From Octopus vulgaris (lineage: Eukaryota): DNA of 64,000 nt. The notes under the pieces are model-generated. The model was given only the letters and a program-made list of their open reading frames with translations, was not told the DNA's origin and did no database searches. The stretch spans positions 38,626,001 to 38,690,000 of the forward strand of contig OX597819.1 in NCBI GenBank assembly GCA_951406725.2, read 5' to 3'. The first letter of the stretch is position 1. Every line of letters starts with the position of its first letter. This document shows positions 1 to 12,671 of this stretch, piece by piece. A program made the position numbers and the translations under genes.

Positions 1-404
1 TACTTTCGTTGTTGTTGTCATCATTGTTGTTTAATGTCCGCTTTCCATGCTGGCATGGGTTGGACGGTTTGACTGAGAACTGGCAAGCTGGGAGGCTGCA
101 CCAGGCTCCAATCTGATTTGGTAAGGTTTCTACAGCTGGATGCCCTTCCTAATGCCAACCACTCCAAGAGTGTAGTAGGTACTTTTATGTGCAACTGGCA
201 TGGGAGCCAGTCAGACAGCACTGGCATCAGCCACACCCAAATTATGTGCCACTGGCACAGGTGCCAGTGGGGCAGCACTGGCATCAGTCACGCTTGAATG
301 GTGCTTTTTACATGCCAAAGATACTCAAGACAAGTCTGCAAAATTTTGTATCTACCAAATCCTAAAAAAACTCTGAAATTATGATAACAGGTTATGACAA
401 TAAG

Positions 405-700
405 TGTTCCAATTGGTCTCAACAGAACAGCCTACTTGTGAAATTAATATGCAAGTGGCTGAGCACTTCACAGACACACATGCCCTTAACGTAGTTCTCA
501 GGGAAATTCAATGTGACACAGAAGGTGAAAAGGATGACTCTTTGTACTACAAGTACAACTCATTTTTGCCAGCTGAGTAGACTAGTGCAATGTGAAATAA
601 AGTGTCTTACTCAAGGACAGAACATACCACTGGGAATTGAACTCATGACCTTATCATTGTGAACCGAATATCCCAACCATTAAGCTACCTGTCTTTACAA
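405..700 (-). mobile_element. tRNA-derived SINE (fourth family)
   Basis: Minus-strand head tagcttaatggttggg...gagttcaattcc. Related copy at about 8990-9200(+). Confidence 0.6.
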
Positions 701-1975
701 ATGTAAACTGGCACTCTGTCAGTTATGACAATGAGCGTTCCAGATGATCTGAGGTAGATACCCTAACCATTAAGCCATGCACTTTCATAGGTGTATATAA
801 CTGAGGTGTTGCTCGGGTATTAATTCACACTTTCCTTTCTACACACGTTCCACATTCATTCTGAGTCAGCAATAAGCATTTTCATAGTGACTCAACTATC
901 ATTGTTCAATGTTTTCCACTCAATGTTTATTCTGCCGCCCCGACTGGCCTCCGTGCCGGTGGCACGTAAAAAGCTCCATCCGATCGTCGCCATTTGCCAG
1001 CCTCATCTGGCACGTAAAAAGCACCCACTACACTCACGGAGTGGTTGGCGTTAGGAAGTGTATCCAGCTGTAGAAACATTGCCAGATCAGACTGAGCCTG
1101 GTGCAGCCTCCTGGCTTCCCAGACCCCAGTCAAACTGGCCAACCCATGCTAGCACAGAAAACGGACGTCAAACGATGATGATGATGATGATGAAAACCAG
1201 AATCTAAAGAAATTACTGATGATCTCTGTTGGCTTTTTATCTTTGTGATACATCTGAAGACATTATCAGTGATGTCTTTTTGGGGTCTGGTGTTTGAGAG
1301 GTCTTTCCACAATCAAACATCTTCACCCAGGTTGATTCAGCCATCTCAATGGGATCACGTTTTGCTCACCCTTCATTGTTTCAGTAAGAGCAAAGAATTA
1401 AAGATTTTGGGCCCTTTGAGAGTAAGGAAGAAAGAGTGAAAGCATGTGATAGACAGATAGAGTAAGTAAGTGATGTGCTTTTACTAACACGCAGCCAAAG
1501 TAATAATACCACTTATTCTATCATCCTCTCTCTTAGCAGAAATACATGGGCCCCAAATATTACATTCTTCACTCTTTATGCTAATTAAATATATTGAAAT
1601 CTACAACATAGCTGCATGGTTAAAAAGCTCACTTTACAACCATGTGACTTCAGGTTCAGTCCCATAGCATGGCACCTTGGGCAAGTGTCTTCTACTCTAG
1701 TCCTGAGCCACCCAATGTCTTGTGAGTTAATTTGGTAGGCAGAAACCGTGTGGAAGCCTGTCATATATGTGTGTGTGTGTATCGTTAGCACATTGGGTGA
1801 AATGCTTAGCAGTATTTCGTCTGTCTATGTTTTGGTTTCAAATTCTGCCAAGGTCATCTTTGCCTTTCATTCTTTTGAGGTTGATAAATTAAATACCAGT
1901 TGTGTACTGGGGTTGATCTAATTGGCTGGCCCCCTTTCACCAAATTTCAGGCCTTGTGCCTATAGCAGAAAGGAT

Positions 1976-2013
<38 letters not shown>

Positions 2014-3254
2014 AGTGTGCGTGTGTGCATGTGTGTGTGTGTGTGTATGTATGTGTATGTGTGTGTGACTTTGTGTTTGTTTCTATTCACCACTTGACAA
2101 AAGATGTTGGTTTGTTCACATCCCTGTTACATAGCAGTTTGACAAAGGTGACTGATAGAATAAGCGACCAAACTTAAAAATAAGTACTGGGATTGATTTG
2201 TTCAACTAAACCCTTTGAGGTAGTGCTCCAGCATGGTCACAGTCCATTGATTGAACAAGAAAAGAAAGAAAAATTGAAAATGATACTCTTATTTTATAAC
2301 TGGTGACATAATCTCTGATTGAATATATCATTGCCTTAATTCATGTACACTTATCAATAATTCAAATGAACTCTCCAAGGCATCCAAGACTTGTGGGAGA
2401 GAAGAAAGTCTCCTCAAACCAGAGACTTGGCTCAAATATTTACAACAGAATGAACTCCATTAAATATGCCCAAGGATCAGGTGGTATTAAAACAGTTGAT
2501 GGATTAAGTTTATCATCAGTGTATATCTTGGTAGAATTTGAACATGGAACTCCCTGAACTGGAACAATTACCACAAGGTATTATGTCTGACAGCCTGATG
2601 ATTGCATTAAGCCACCATTCTAGATAGATACTTTTATTTATCACTCCTGGAATGAAGGAATGAATGATGAAGCTGACCATAGTGGGGCTTGAACTCAGGA
2701 TGCAGAAAACCAGAATACACCAAGGCATTTGTGCAATGTCCTAATGCAGTGGTTCCCAAACCTTTTATTTAAATGAGTTATTCCATGGACCCCTTTTAAT
2801 ATACTTATCCTTATGTGTGTATATACATGTGGTAAGTAGCTTGCTAACCAATCACATGGTTCCGGGTTCAGTCCCACTGCGTGGCATCTTGGGCAAGTGT
2901 CTTCTGCTATAGCCCCGGGCCGACCAATGCCTTGTGAGTGGATTTGGTAGACGGAAACTGAAAGAAGCCTGTCGTATATATGTATATATATATGTGTGTG
3001 TATGTGTTTGTGTGTCTGTGTTTGTCCCCCTAGCATTGCTTGACAACCGATGCTGGTGTGTTTACGTCCCCGTTACTTAGCGGTTCGGCAAAAGAGACCG
3101 ATAAAATAAGTACTGGGCTTACAAAGAATAAGTCCTGGGGTCGATTTGCTCGACTAAAAGGCGGTGCTCCAGCATGGCCGCAGTCAAATGACTGAAACAA
3201 GTAAAAGAGTAAAGAGTAAAGAGTATATATATATATATACACATACATACATAC

Positions 3255-3309
<55 letters not shown>

Positions 3310-3917
3310 CATGTAAAAAGCACAACCTGAATCATGGTCGATGCCAGTGCCACCTCAACTGGCTTCCATGCCGGTGGCACGTAAAATGCACCAATCCGAC
3401 CGTGGCCGTTGCCAGCCTCGCCTGGCACCTGTGCAGGTGGCATGTAAAAAGCACCCACTACACTCATGGAGTGGTTGCGTTAGGAAGGGCATCCAGCAGT
3501 AGAAACATTGCCAGATAAGACTGGAGCCTGGTGCAGCCTTCTGGCTTCCCAGATCCCCGGTTGAACCGTCCAACCCATGCTAGCATGGAGAACGGACGTT
3601 AAACGATGATGATATATATATATGTATATATGTTCTTTTTTCTCATATTGTTTTGCTTCAGTCGTTTGAATATAGTAGAATGTTGACTCTGAAAGGATGA
3701 CAGACAAGGTTGATCTCAGTGGAATCTACACTCAGAATGTAAAGCTGGAAGAAATACTGCTTGGTGTGGCTGTGTGGTAAGAAGTTTGCTTCCTAACCAC
3801 ATGGTTCCCGGTTCAGTCCTAGAGTGTGGTACCTTGAGCAAGTGTTTTCTATTATAGTCATGAACTGACCAAAGCCTTGTGAGTGGATTTGGTGGAGAGA
3901 AACTGAAAGAAATCTGT

Positions 3918-3959
<42 letters not shown>

Positions 3960-4051
3960 ACATTAGCACATAAATACAAATATATATATACAGAACACAC
4001 GTTATACTTACATATCCGAACGTATATTTGTATTTATGTGCTAATGTGGTA

Positions 4052-4112
4052 GGTTCAACTGATGAAAGCAGAGCTTATTTGAAGCAAAGCTAGAAATCCA
4101 GGATCTTGAATT
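4052..4112 (+). ncRNA. Type-I hammerhead ribozyme-like motif in a small foldback element
   Basis: ttcaa-CTGATGA-a-agc...gct-a-GAAA-tccagga-TC-ttgaa: stem I, core, stem II, short stem III and cleavage triplet AUC in type-I order. Confidence 0.65.
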
Positions 4113-4119
4113 ATCCAGT

Positions 4120-4158
<39 letters not shown>

Positions 4159-4686
4159 TTGTGTTTGTCCCCTCACTTTCGCTTGACAATTGATGCTGGT
4201 GTGTTTACTCTAACCCTAACCCTGTAACTCAGCAGTTTGGCCAAAAAAAAAATACTTCAATAAAATAAGTACTAGGCTTACAAAAATAAGTCCTGGGGTC
4301 AATTTTTTTCATTAAAAATCCCTTTGAGGTGCTGCTCCAGCATGACTGCAGTCAAATGACTGAAACAATGAAACAAGAATAAAAGAATGCCATTATGTTT
4401 AGTGCAATTGTGATTCTGCCACCAGCTCGCTGCTTTTACACTAAGACTAATAACACTGGCCTGTTATTTACTCTGGTTAGTACAATATGTACAAACAATC
4501 TGGTATGATATGTGAACACAATATATTTGTGAGATAACAATATCAAAATATCATCACTGTTTCTAGTTGAGTTCATTACCAATTTAGAAGCCTCACTATT
4601 CCCATCTGGTACAGAATTGGTGCTTCCCATTGTAAGAAGCATGTCAAAACACAATAGATGCATAAGCTGAAGAACTTTTAACTTAC

Positions 4687-4789
4687 CTGACAACAGTGGG
4701 GAATAACTCTGAGGTGTAGACAAACAGGGTGCTCATTAGTCCTGCGTATGCACAGCGCCCAATTATGAAGAAGACGGAAGATAAAATGT
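4687..4789 (-). CDS. SLC22-like gene, coding exon 7 (TM10, ELFPT motif); gene continues in exons not located, probably beyond the window start
   Basis: tttacag|AC...AG|gtaagt. Encodes ILSSVFFIIGRCAYAGLMSTLFVYTSELFPTVV(R), the conserved SLC22 Y..ELFPT.VR motif. 103 nt, phase 1/2. Confidence 0.93.
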
Positions 4790-6331
4790 CTGTAAAAAGA
4801 GAAAAATAGTTATTTGTCTACTCAAGCATTTGGTGAAGGTGTTGGCTGCATGATTGTAGGTTGTGGCTTTGAGTCTCAAGTGTATTAGGCAAGATACTTC
4901 ATTTCATCTTGTCTTAGTCCACTCAGCCAGGGATGAACCTTATAATGGACTGATGGCACATTCAGTGGGGAGTCTTGTATTTTCAGTTGATTAAACAATT
5001 TAGAAATCTGAGTAAACTCTGTTTTCATGAGCCTATAGGCTACAGGGAGGCAGACTGTATGTATGTATTTCTGTTTACATGTATACATGAGACAGCAGAT
5101 AAATTGCCTTGTAAGATGAGGCATGGCTTACACTGGCCACAGTGGTTTATGCTTGTAAACATATTAATGTATAAAATATATTAATTTTGAGTAACATGGA
5201 TGAGAGGAAAAAAATTTTCTTTAAAACACAGAATTAAAGCATCTGAAATGTCAAGTGGAAGAATAATGGAAAGGTGTGACGACTTTCCTTTCCCCAGCAG
5301 ACTTAATAGAATTTACACAGACTTGGTTTGTTGGAACAGCAACAACAACAACAATAAAACACACACAAAGGATTTAAATGCTTGAAGACTAACAGCAGCA
5401 ACAGTTTCCTGGGTACATAAAAGACCGATTATAAAATGAAAGTCTGTTTTATGTCCTTGCTTAAATTACTTTAAGCATTGCCTAAGACAGTTCCCAGCTG
5501 GCCATCCTATCTAAAAGCAATCAGCAATGAAGTGTGTGGGAGTACGGAGGAGGGAGAATAGCCATCTTTCTGTGACTGAAGTAAAGAGAAATTTGTTTAA
5601 AACTACATTGTAATATCCAAAGCAGTTATTTAAATCAATTACACTGTGTAACATGATTTTTGTCCATGAGTAGCAAGTGTTATTTCCAATTTGCTTATCC
5701 CTAGAAAATATGAAAAATGGCTAATATTTTCTTCAAACTTTGCTTTTGTTACATTTATCCATAGGATCCCTCTCAACACATGTCTATGATACTCTCCTGC
5801 TCATGATCAGAGATGCACATATAGTTAGGCACTAAACGATATGCTCAAGTGGTTAAGGTCAAGCATTTGACAAACAGAATATTTGGTATTATGATGTTTC
5901 TGCCTCAGCAACACAGTGCTGAATCTGTTTGAATTGTAATGGAAAAAAGATCAGTTTCAAAACATTGATGTTCAGATCACAAAAGCAAAGTTTGAAGGGA
6001 ATAGTAGTAATTTCATTTGATTTATAGATAGTGGTTGGTGTTAGGAAGGGCATCCAGCTGTAGAAACATTGCCAGATAAGACCGGAGCCTGGTGCAGCCT
6101 TCTGGCTTCCCAGATCCCCGGTTGAACCGTCCAACCCATGCTAGCATGGAGAACGGATGTTAAACAATGATGATGATGATGATAGAAACAAATAGGAAAT
6201 AAAACTTACTGACCAAAGACAAAAAAAAAATGTTACACAGTGTTATTCAGTATCTTAAATCAGAACTTAATACATAAGCATATAAACTGGTTCATCAAAT
6301 TTAATGTAGCAATGGTTGCCTTCCTCTAGAG

Positions 6332-6761
6332 CAGTGGTTCTTAACCATTTTGTTTGTAGCCCCACCACCCACTCTTAAGTAGTAGTTATGCCTAGCACTT
6401 ACCAAAGTGGTGAGTGAGATATCATGAATAAATTAACTTAATATGGATGATAATTTATAAATCTTACTCTAAAATGTATTGTTTAAGCTTTTAACAGTGA
6501 ATTGATTTTAAAAATTAATAAAGACAAAAGCTGGAAATTGACCTCAAACATTGTAAGTTAATCACTTGCCTATACCTGATTAGGTCTCATTTTATTTTAA
6601 TAACCATCACTAGTTTTATCATGTATAATATAATTACTACTATAGGTAAAATATATTTATGCTAATTATGTTACCTCACCACCTCCCAAAGCTTAACACA
6701 CCTGCTTCTATATGTCCAGTATCCCTTTAATAGGTGGTACCACCTACATTGAGAACCTGGG
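6332..6761. mobile_element. hAT/Charlie-like MITE
   Basis: Ends cagtggttcttaa / ttgagaacctggg, with 8-bp flanks ctctagag and ttctagag (NTCTAGAN target). Confidence 0.65.
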
Positions 6762-7214
6762 TTCTAGAGCATCTTCTTTGCTCTTGTAGCAGCTGATCTC
6801 CTTTTATCTTTCAGTTGTTTCAGTCATTGGACTGTGGCCATACTGGAGCACTGCTTCAAAGGATTTTTTAATCAAATGAATTGATTCCAGCACTATTTTT
6901 TTCTTTAAAACCTGATACTTATTCTATCAGTTTCTTTTGCTGAACTGCTAAGTTATGTGGATGTAAACAAACCAACACTGGTTGCCAAGTGGTGGTGGCA
7001 ACAAACACATACACATACACACATGAAAAGCTTCTTTCAGTTTCCAAATACTCACAAGGCTTTGGTTGGCCTGGAGCTATTGCAGAAGCCACTTGTCCAA
7101 AGTGACACACAGTAGAACTGAACCCAGAACTTTTTGTGGTTGGCAAGTAAACACAGCCCCTCATCTGTGCCAATGATGATGACATTACTATGATAATCAT
7201 TTAATGGATTATTT

Positions 7215-7350
7215 CCCTATGCTACATGATTGATTGTGTGAGTGACTAGTGCACAATCTGCCTTATCAGATATTCTCAACATCTCAATGATTATACCAGA
7301 CAGCATAGCAGCTTTTCCTGGTTTTATATCCTTAATTGCACTAGCAATTA
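7215..7350 (-). mobile_element. RTE-like LINE fragment
   Basis: AIKDIKPGKAAMLSGIIIEMLRI matches the pre-RT K.GKA.G..G...E.L motif. Confidence 0.6.
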
Positions 7351-7460
7351 TATTACTGGGAACTCTAGGGGCTGGTTCCTCTAATGAACCAGCAACAAAC
7401 CACACAACCAGCAACCAAACATATCTACACAATTATTTACATATATATTATATATATGTA

Positions 7461-7500
<40 letters not shown>

Positions 7501-7506
<6 letters not shown>

Positions 7507-7688
7507 TAGTTATCGCCAAACTAATATGGCAGTCCATAAATATAAGACTAAAGCTGTCGCTGATTAGCTCCAAGAGGCCATCGCCTCTAGCTAGCTATAT
7601 GACACACGAACCTGCTTGAAGCTAATCAGTGACAGCTTTAGTCTTATATTTATGGACTGCCATATTAGTTTGGCGATAACTATTAATA
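7501..7688. repeat. 74-bp inverted repeat (72/74 paired), 40-nt spacer, inside a (TA)n-flanked insert
   Basis: 7501-7574 is the reverse complement of 7615-7688. Confidence 0.9.
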
Positions 7689-7736
7689 TCCAGTAACGCT
7701 GCCGTAATCTCCTTTAGAGAGACTTAGTAATTTTAA

Positions 7737-7781
<45 letters not shown>

Positions 7782-7894
7782 TATATAAATATATAATTAT
7801 ACATATACATATACATATAAATATATATACAGATAGATAGAAATACACAGTGTACATATATTTATGTATATTTTTAAGTTATAACTATAACAAA

Positions 7895-8390
7895 TCAAAA
7901 TAGATGAACATCAATGGAATTTGTATCTTTGTGGTACCAGTGCCGGTGGCACACAAGAAAACCATCCGAACGTGGCCGTAGCCAGTACCGCATCGACTGG
8001 CCTCCATGCTGCGGGCACGTAACAAACACCATCCGATCGTGGCCATTCGCCAGCCTCATCTGGCACCTGTGTCGGTGGCACATAAAAACACCATCCGAGC
8101 GTGGCCGTCTGCCAGCCTCGTCTGGCACCTGTGTCGGTGGCACATAAAAAAACACCATCCGAGCGTGGCCGTTCGCCAGTCTCGTCTGGCACCTGTGTCG
8201 GTGGCACATAAAATCACCCACTACACTCTCGGAGTGGTTGGCGTTAGGAAGGGCATCCAGCTGTAGAAACACTGCCAGATCTGACTGGCCTGGTGCAGCC
8301 TTCGGGCTCCCCAGACCCCAGTTGAACCGTTCAACCCATGCTAGCATGGAAAACGGACGCTAAATGAATGATGATGATGATGAATGATGA
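7895..8390 (+). mobile_element. SINE-like family A ((GAT)n tail, repeated GTGCCNGTGGCAC hairpin units), representative copy
   Basis: The conserved block gagtggttggcgttaggaagggcatccagctgtagaaac...aacccatgctagcatgg..(gat)n recurs at about 9-320(-), 940-1192, 3307-3612, 6030-6183, 13640-14007, 17405-17765(-), 20915-21393, 29926-30318(-), 33180-33550, 56875-57130, 57175-57600 and 63320-63445(-). Confidence 0.85.
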
Positions 8391-8434
8391 TATACTCACA
8401 CACATACATATCCATTTATTTATATATGTACGTA

Positions 8435-8473
<39 letters not shown>

Positions 8474-8566
8474 TCTTGTATACACACACACATTCTGATC
8501 CCATTTACATTGTTAAAGACGTATAAAATTAATGTCATACGAATGTGAAATCTAAATCCTACTTAC

Positions 8567-8652
8567 TTTGGATTGTTGGTATGAGTTGTGCAGTTATACA
8601 GCAGGCACCACCAATTATCAAACACCCTGTCACGATGAATTTCCGAGGTAAC
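8567..8652 (-). CDS. SLC22-like gene, coding exon 6 (TM9; not in the ORF track)
   Basis: ttgcag|G...A|gtaagt. Encodes LPRKFIVTGCLIIGGACCITAQLIPTIQ. 86 nt, phase 2/1, compatible with both neighbouring exons. Confidence 0.85.
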
Positions 8653-9384
8653 CTGCAATAGTTTAAATAAGAGGAACAATAATTACAACAAGAACAATGG
8701 TTTCTGAATTAAGTACAAGACCAACAATTTTTATGGGAGTGGGTATAGTTGATACTATTGATCCCTGTACTTGACAGGTACTTTATTTTATTGGCCACGT
8801 CCATTGTGAGGATGAAAGGCAAAGTTGACTGCAACAGGGTTTGATCTGAGAATGTAAAGTACCTGAAGAAATACTACAAAATACTTTTCCAGTGTTCTAA
8901 TGAGTCTGCCAGCTTGCTGCTTTTAATGGTTCCTGATTTAGAACAGTAGGCTTGATTTCTGATGGTGCATTTTGTCCCTGAGGAAGACAATTTCATGTAG
9001 CTCCAGTCCACTCAGCTGGCAAAAATGAGTAGTACCTGGATTTCAAAGGGCCAGCCTTGTTACATTATGTATTACGCTGAATCTTCCTGAGAACTACATT
9101 AGGGGTACATGTGTCTGTGGAGTACTCAGCCACTTGCATGTTAATTTTATGAGCAGGCTGTTCTGTAGATCAGATCAGATTAACTGGAGCTCTTGTAACT
9201 GATGGAGGGCCAGTTTTTTTTTCCGCATAATGCTAATAATTAAGGAGAAAGGATAAAAGGCAAAATCAACCTTGATGAAAATTGAACTGAGGATGTAAAA
9301 GTGGATGAAATACTGCTTAGTATTTGGCTTGGCATGCAAGCGATTCTTCCAGCTCACTGCAAAAGCAGCAGTAGCAGCAACAGT

Positions 9385-9595
9385 AGCCATTCAAGAATTT
9401 GAACCTGGAGATCTCCATTTCCAGCGACTTCGAGGGCCACCTCCCAGTGGTGTCGGGCATCAACGAAGAGCCCTTGACTACAACAAGATGACCAAAGTTT
9501 TTTTTTTCCAAGGTCTGCGGTCTCCCGCCCCCTAAGCCCTAGACCATTACCTAATCACCCTTACCCATCTTGTTGCTTAACAACGACAACAACAA
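9385..9595 (+). repeat. Dispersed ~210-bp repeat with (AAC)n tail
   Basis: Reverse-complement match to about 25795-26010. The ORF track shows the same spurious peptide at both sites. Confidence 0.8.
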
Positions 9596-10089
9596 TAATG
9601 GTTTCAAATTTTGGCACTAGGCCATCAATTCCAAGGGAAGATGTAGTGGAGAGGGTTAGTTGGGTACAGTGATCTCAATATTTGACTAGTACTTTATCTT
9701 GCTGACCCTGGAGATATGAAAGGCAAAGTTGACCTAAGTGAAATATGAACCCAGAATATAAACAGACGGACAGATGTAAATACATACATACATACATACA
9801 TACATGTAAAGGCATGTGGATGAGTGGTTAGGGTGCTGAGTTCATGATCATAAGGTCATGGATTTGAAATCCTGGGCAAAACAGCACATTGTCTTCTTGA
9901 GCAAGGCACTTCATTTATATTGCTGCTGTCCACTCATCTGAAAATGAGTACCAACTGAATGATACTTATTTATCCAGGAGCAATGCAAGGCAAGACCTAT
10001 TTCAGTGAGATTTGAACTTCAAGCATATAGGAGGACTATAGCTAAATTTCATGTTAAGTTACATGGTATCAGCAGAGAAAAAAATATGG

Positions 10090-10800
10090 AAAAGATGGGG
10101 GTGGTAGCAGAAAGAGAAGTGGTAGAAGATAAAAATGGAGGCAAAGGAGGAGGGGAATGAATATGATAATGATGTTGAAGATGAGGAGGAGGAGGAGGCA
10201 GAAGACAAGGATGAGGAGGACAAGGAAGATGAGGAAGGCGAGGAAGAGGAAGAAGGGGAAGTGGAAGAGAGGGAAGCAGAAGCAGGAGAGGAAGTGGAAG
10301 AGGCAGAAGACAAGGATGAGGAAAAGGCAGAAGAGTAGACAGAAGATGAGGCAGAAGAGGAGATAGATGAAATGGAAGAGGAGATAGATGAGGCAAAAAA
10401 GGAAGAAGATGAGGTGGAAGAGGAGGCAGAAGTGGAGATAGTGGAGGCAGAAGATGAGGCAGAAGAGGAGGCAGAAGAGGAGGAAGAAGATTAGGCAGAA
10501 GGGGAGGAACAAGAGGAGGAAGAGGAAAATGAGGCAGAAGGGGAGGAATAAGAGAAAAAAGAGGAAAATGAGACAGAAGAGAAGGAAGAGGAAAATGAGG
10601 CAGAAGGGGAGGAAGTGGTGGAGAAGAGAAAATGTGAGGGAGACCAAAAGAAAAAGAGCAGAAAATGAGGTGGAAATGCATGAGGATATGTAGAAGTAAA
10701 AGCTGAAGAAGACTTAAAAGTGGATGAAAAGGAAAACAAAAGAAGCAGAAAGAAAACATAAGAAAGAAGAATACTAACAAAACAAAACAAAAAAAGCAAG
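10090..10800. repeat. Purine-rich (GAG/GAA) low-complexity tract
   Basis: About 700 nt of degenerate GAGGAAGAAGAT units. Confidence 0.9.
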
Positions 10801-12437
10801 ATATTGTCATTCTTTGAGAGAGAAGTTGTATAATATCAACTGATTTTCATTTTAGATGATTTGAATAAGTAGAAAAATGGTGCAGATCAAACGGATTCAA
10901 CAATAAAAATAGTGTATGGTTTCAGAGAAGATATTGAGATAGATATTGGGATTGGAAAATGCTTTAATTCTGTCAATGATAAAAAAAAAAAAAAAAAAAA
11001 AAAAAAAACTGAAACAAAATAAAACAGAGTGAAAAGTAAAGGAATAAAATTACAAGAGAAAAGTTTATAAGAAAGGAAATTAAGGATAGTTCTAAGTACT
11101 TGGGGTAATTTGAATTTGGTGACTAGCACAAAAAATATGTAGAGAAATTGAAATACAAAGAGAAGAATAGTTTTAGTAAATTGAAACTACTATTAGAATA
11201 AAAGCTGCTTGTTAATGTTATTAGTAACTTTATATTACTGAAAACTGATTTTTTTTGATTTGTGTGTATGAATAGTCTCGGCAAATACCTTCTGTTATTA
11301 CTATACAAACCATCCCTAATTGCAGCTGAAGCTAATAGAAGACACTAATTTAAGATGCTGCACTGTGAAACTGAACCTGAAACCACATGGCTGTCTGGTT
11401 AAGAAGAAACCTTCTAAACCATACAAGCATGCTTGCACTATTATAACTTACCTATTTCTTTACTACTCACAAGGGGCTAAACACAGAGAAGACAAAAAAG
11501 GACAGACAAACGGATTAAGTCGATTATATCGACCCCAGTGCGTAATTGGTACTTATTTAATCGACCCCCAAAAGGATGAAAGGCAAAGTCGACCTTGGCA
11601 GAATTTGAACTCAGAATGTAGCGGCAGTCAAAATACTGCTAAGCATTTCACCCGGTGTGCTAACATTTCTGCCAGCTCGCCGCCTTATAACTTACCAAAT
11701 TCACTTAAGTGATTTCATATACAAGAACTGAATTTAAAAAGTTGATGGTTTGAAGCACCAAGTATGTTTTTCATTCTTGGCAAAAATCTTCAAATTCTCA
11801 CTGATCAAGTTTACCTAAGTTTGTAGGGCTTCCATCAGTTAATATTGACCATGCATCTGCAGGCAAGTGCAAGATTTTTTTGGGGAGGAAGACTAGTAGT
11901 TATCCATGCATGCAAGTCTCCATGCTCCACCTACCAATACTTATCCAAGGGAAAGGCTTCCAACTTGAACCTATACAGTTTGGCACCTGTGTTGCCACAG
12001 AGGTTTGCTGTCAAAATGTAATGAGCTCCTTGCCTAACCTGCTAATAGTTCCACCAATCCAACATCTTGGATTGGTGCTTTATTTTATTAACTCCAAAAG
12101 TATGAATGGCATAGTTGACTTCAGCAGGATTTAAATCTGGAGTGAAGACAGTTGGACAAAATACTGTGAGGTATTCTATCCAACACATTCACATGTCTAT
12201 ACTGTAAAGATTTTACAAACCCATGAATGTTTCTCATATATAGTTTGAATATGGGCACCCCTCACTACTTCTTGAAATATTTCTTTCAAGAGGTGATGTT
12301 TACAGAATATGGGAGGTAAATTTCTACCTTAATATAATCCTTTCTACTATTGGCACAAGGCCTGAAATTTGAGTGAGTGAACTAACTGATTACATCAACC
12401 CCAGTGTGCAAATGATACTTATTTTACTGATCCTGAT

Positions 12438-12671
12438 AAGGTGGCGGGCTGGCAGAAACGTTAGTATGCCGGGCGAAATGCGTAGCCGTATTTCATCTGC
12501 CTTTATGTTCTGAGTTCAAATTCCGCCGAGGTCGACTTTGCCTTTCATCTTTTCGGGGTCGATAAATTAAGTACCAGTTACGCACTGGGGTCGAAATAAT
12601 CGACTTAATCCGTTTGTCTGTCCTTGTTTGTCCCCTCTGTGTTTAGCCCCTTGTGGGTAGTAAAGAAATAG
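12438..12671 (+). mobile_element. tRNA-derived SINE family C, representative copy
   Basis: ggcgggctggcagaa head, gagttcaaatt B box and gtcgactttgcctttcatc core. Copies at 11450-11686(-) and 49490-49720(-), plus many decayed ones. Confidence 0.85.

Noticed and set aside
1-4686. Remaining SLC22 exons (TM11-TM12)
   Set aside because: No phase-compatible exon with the expected G.G......R.G...AP motif was found by eye; probably outside the window.
4436-4723. 95-aa ORF overlapping exon 7
   Set aside because: Wrong frame and runs through the donor site into the intron.
7895-8347. CRISPR-like periodic palindromic repeats
   Set aside because: The spacers are themselves homologous, the context is eukaryotic, and there are no cas genes; these are SINE-internal tandem units.
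10049-10810. Acidic, basic and Pro/Leu-rich ORFs
   Set aside because: Low-complexity purine tract, open in several frames, with no splice support.
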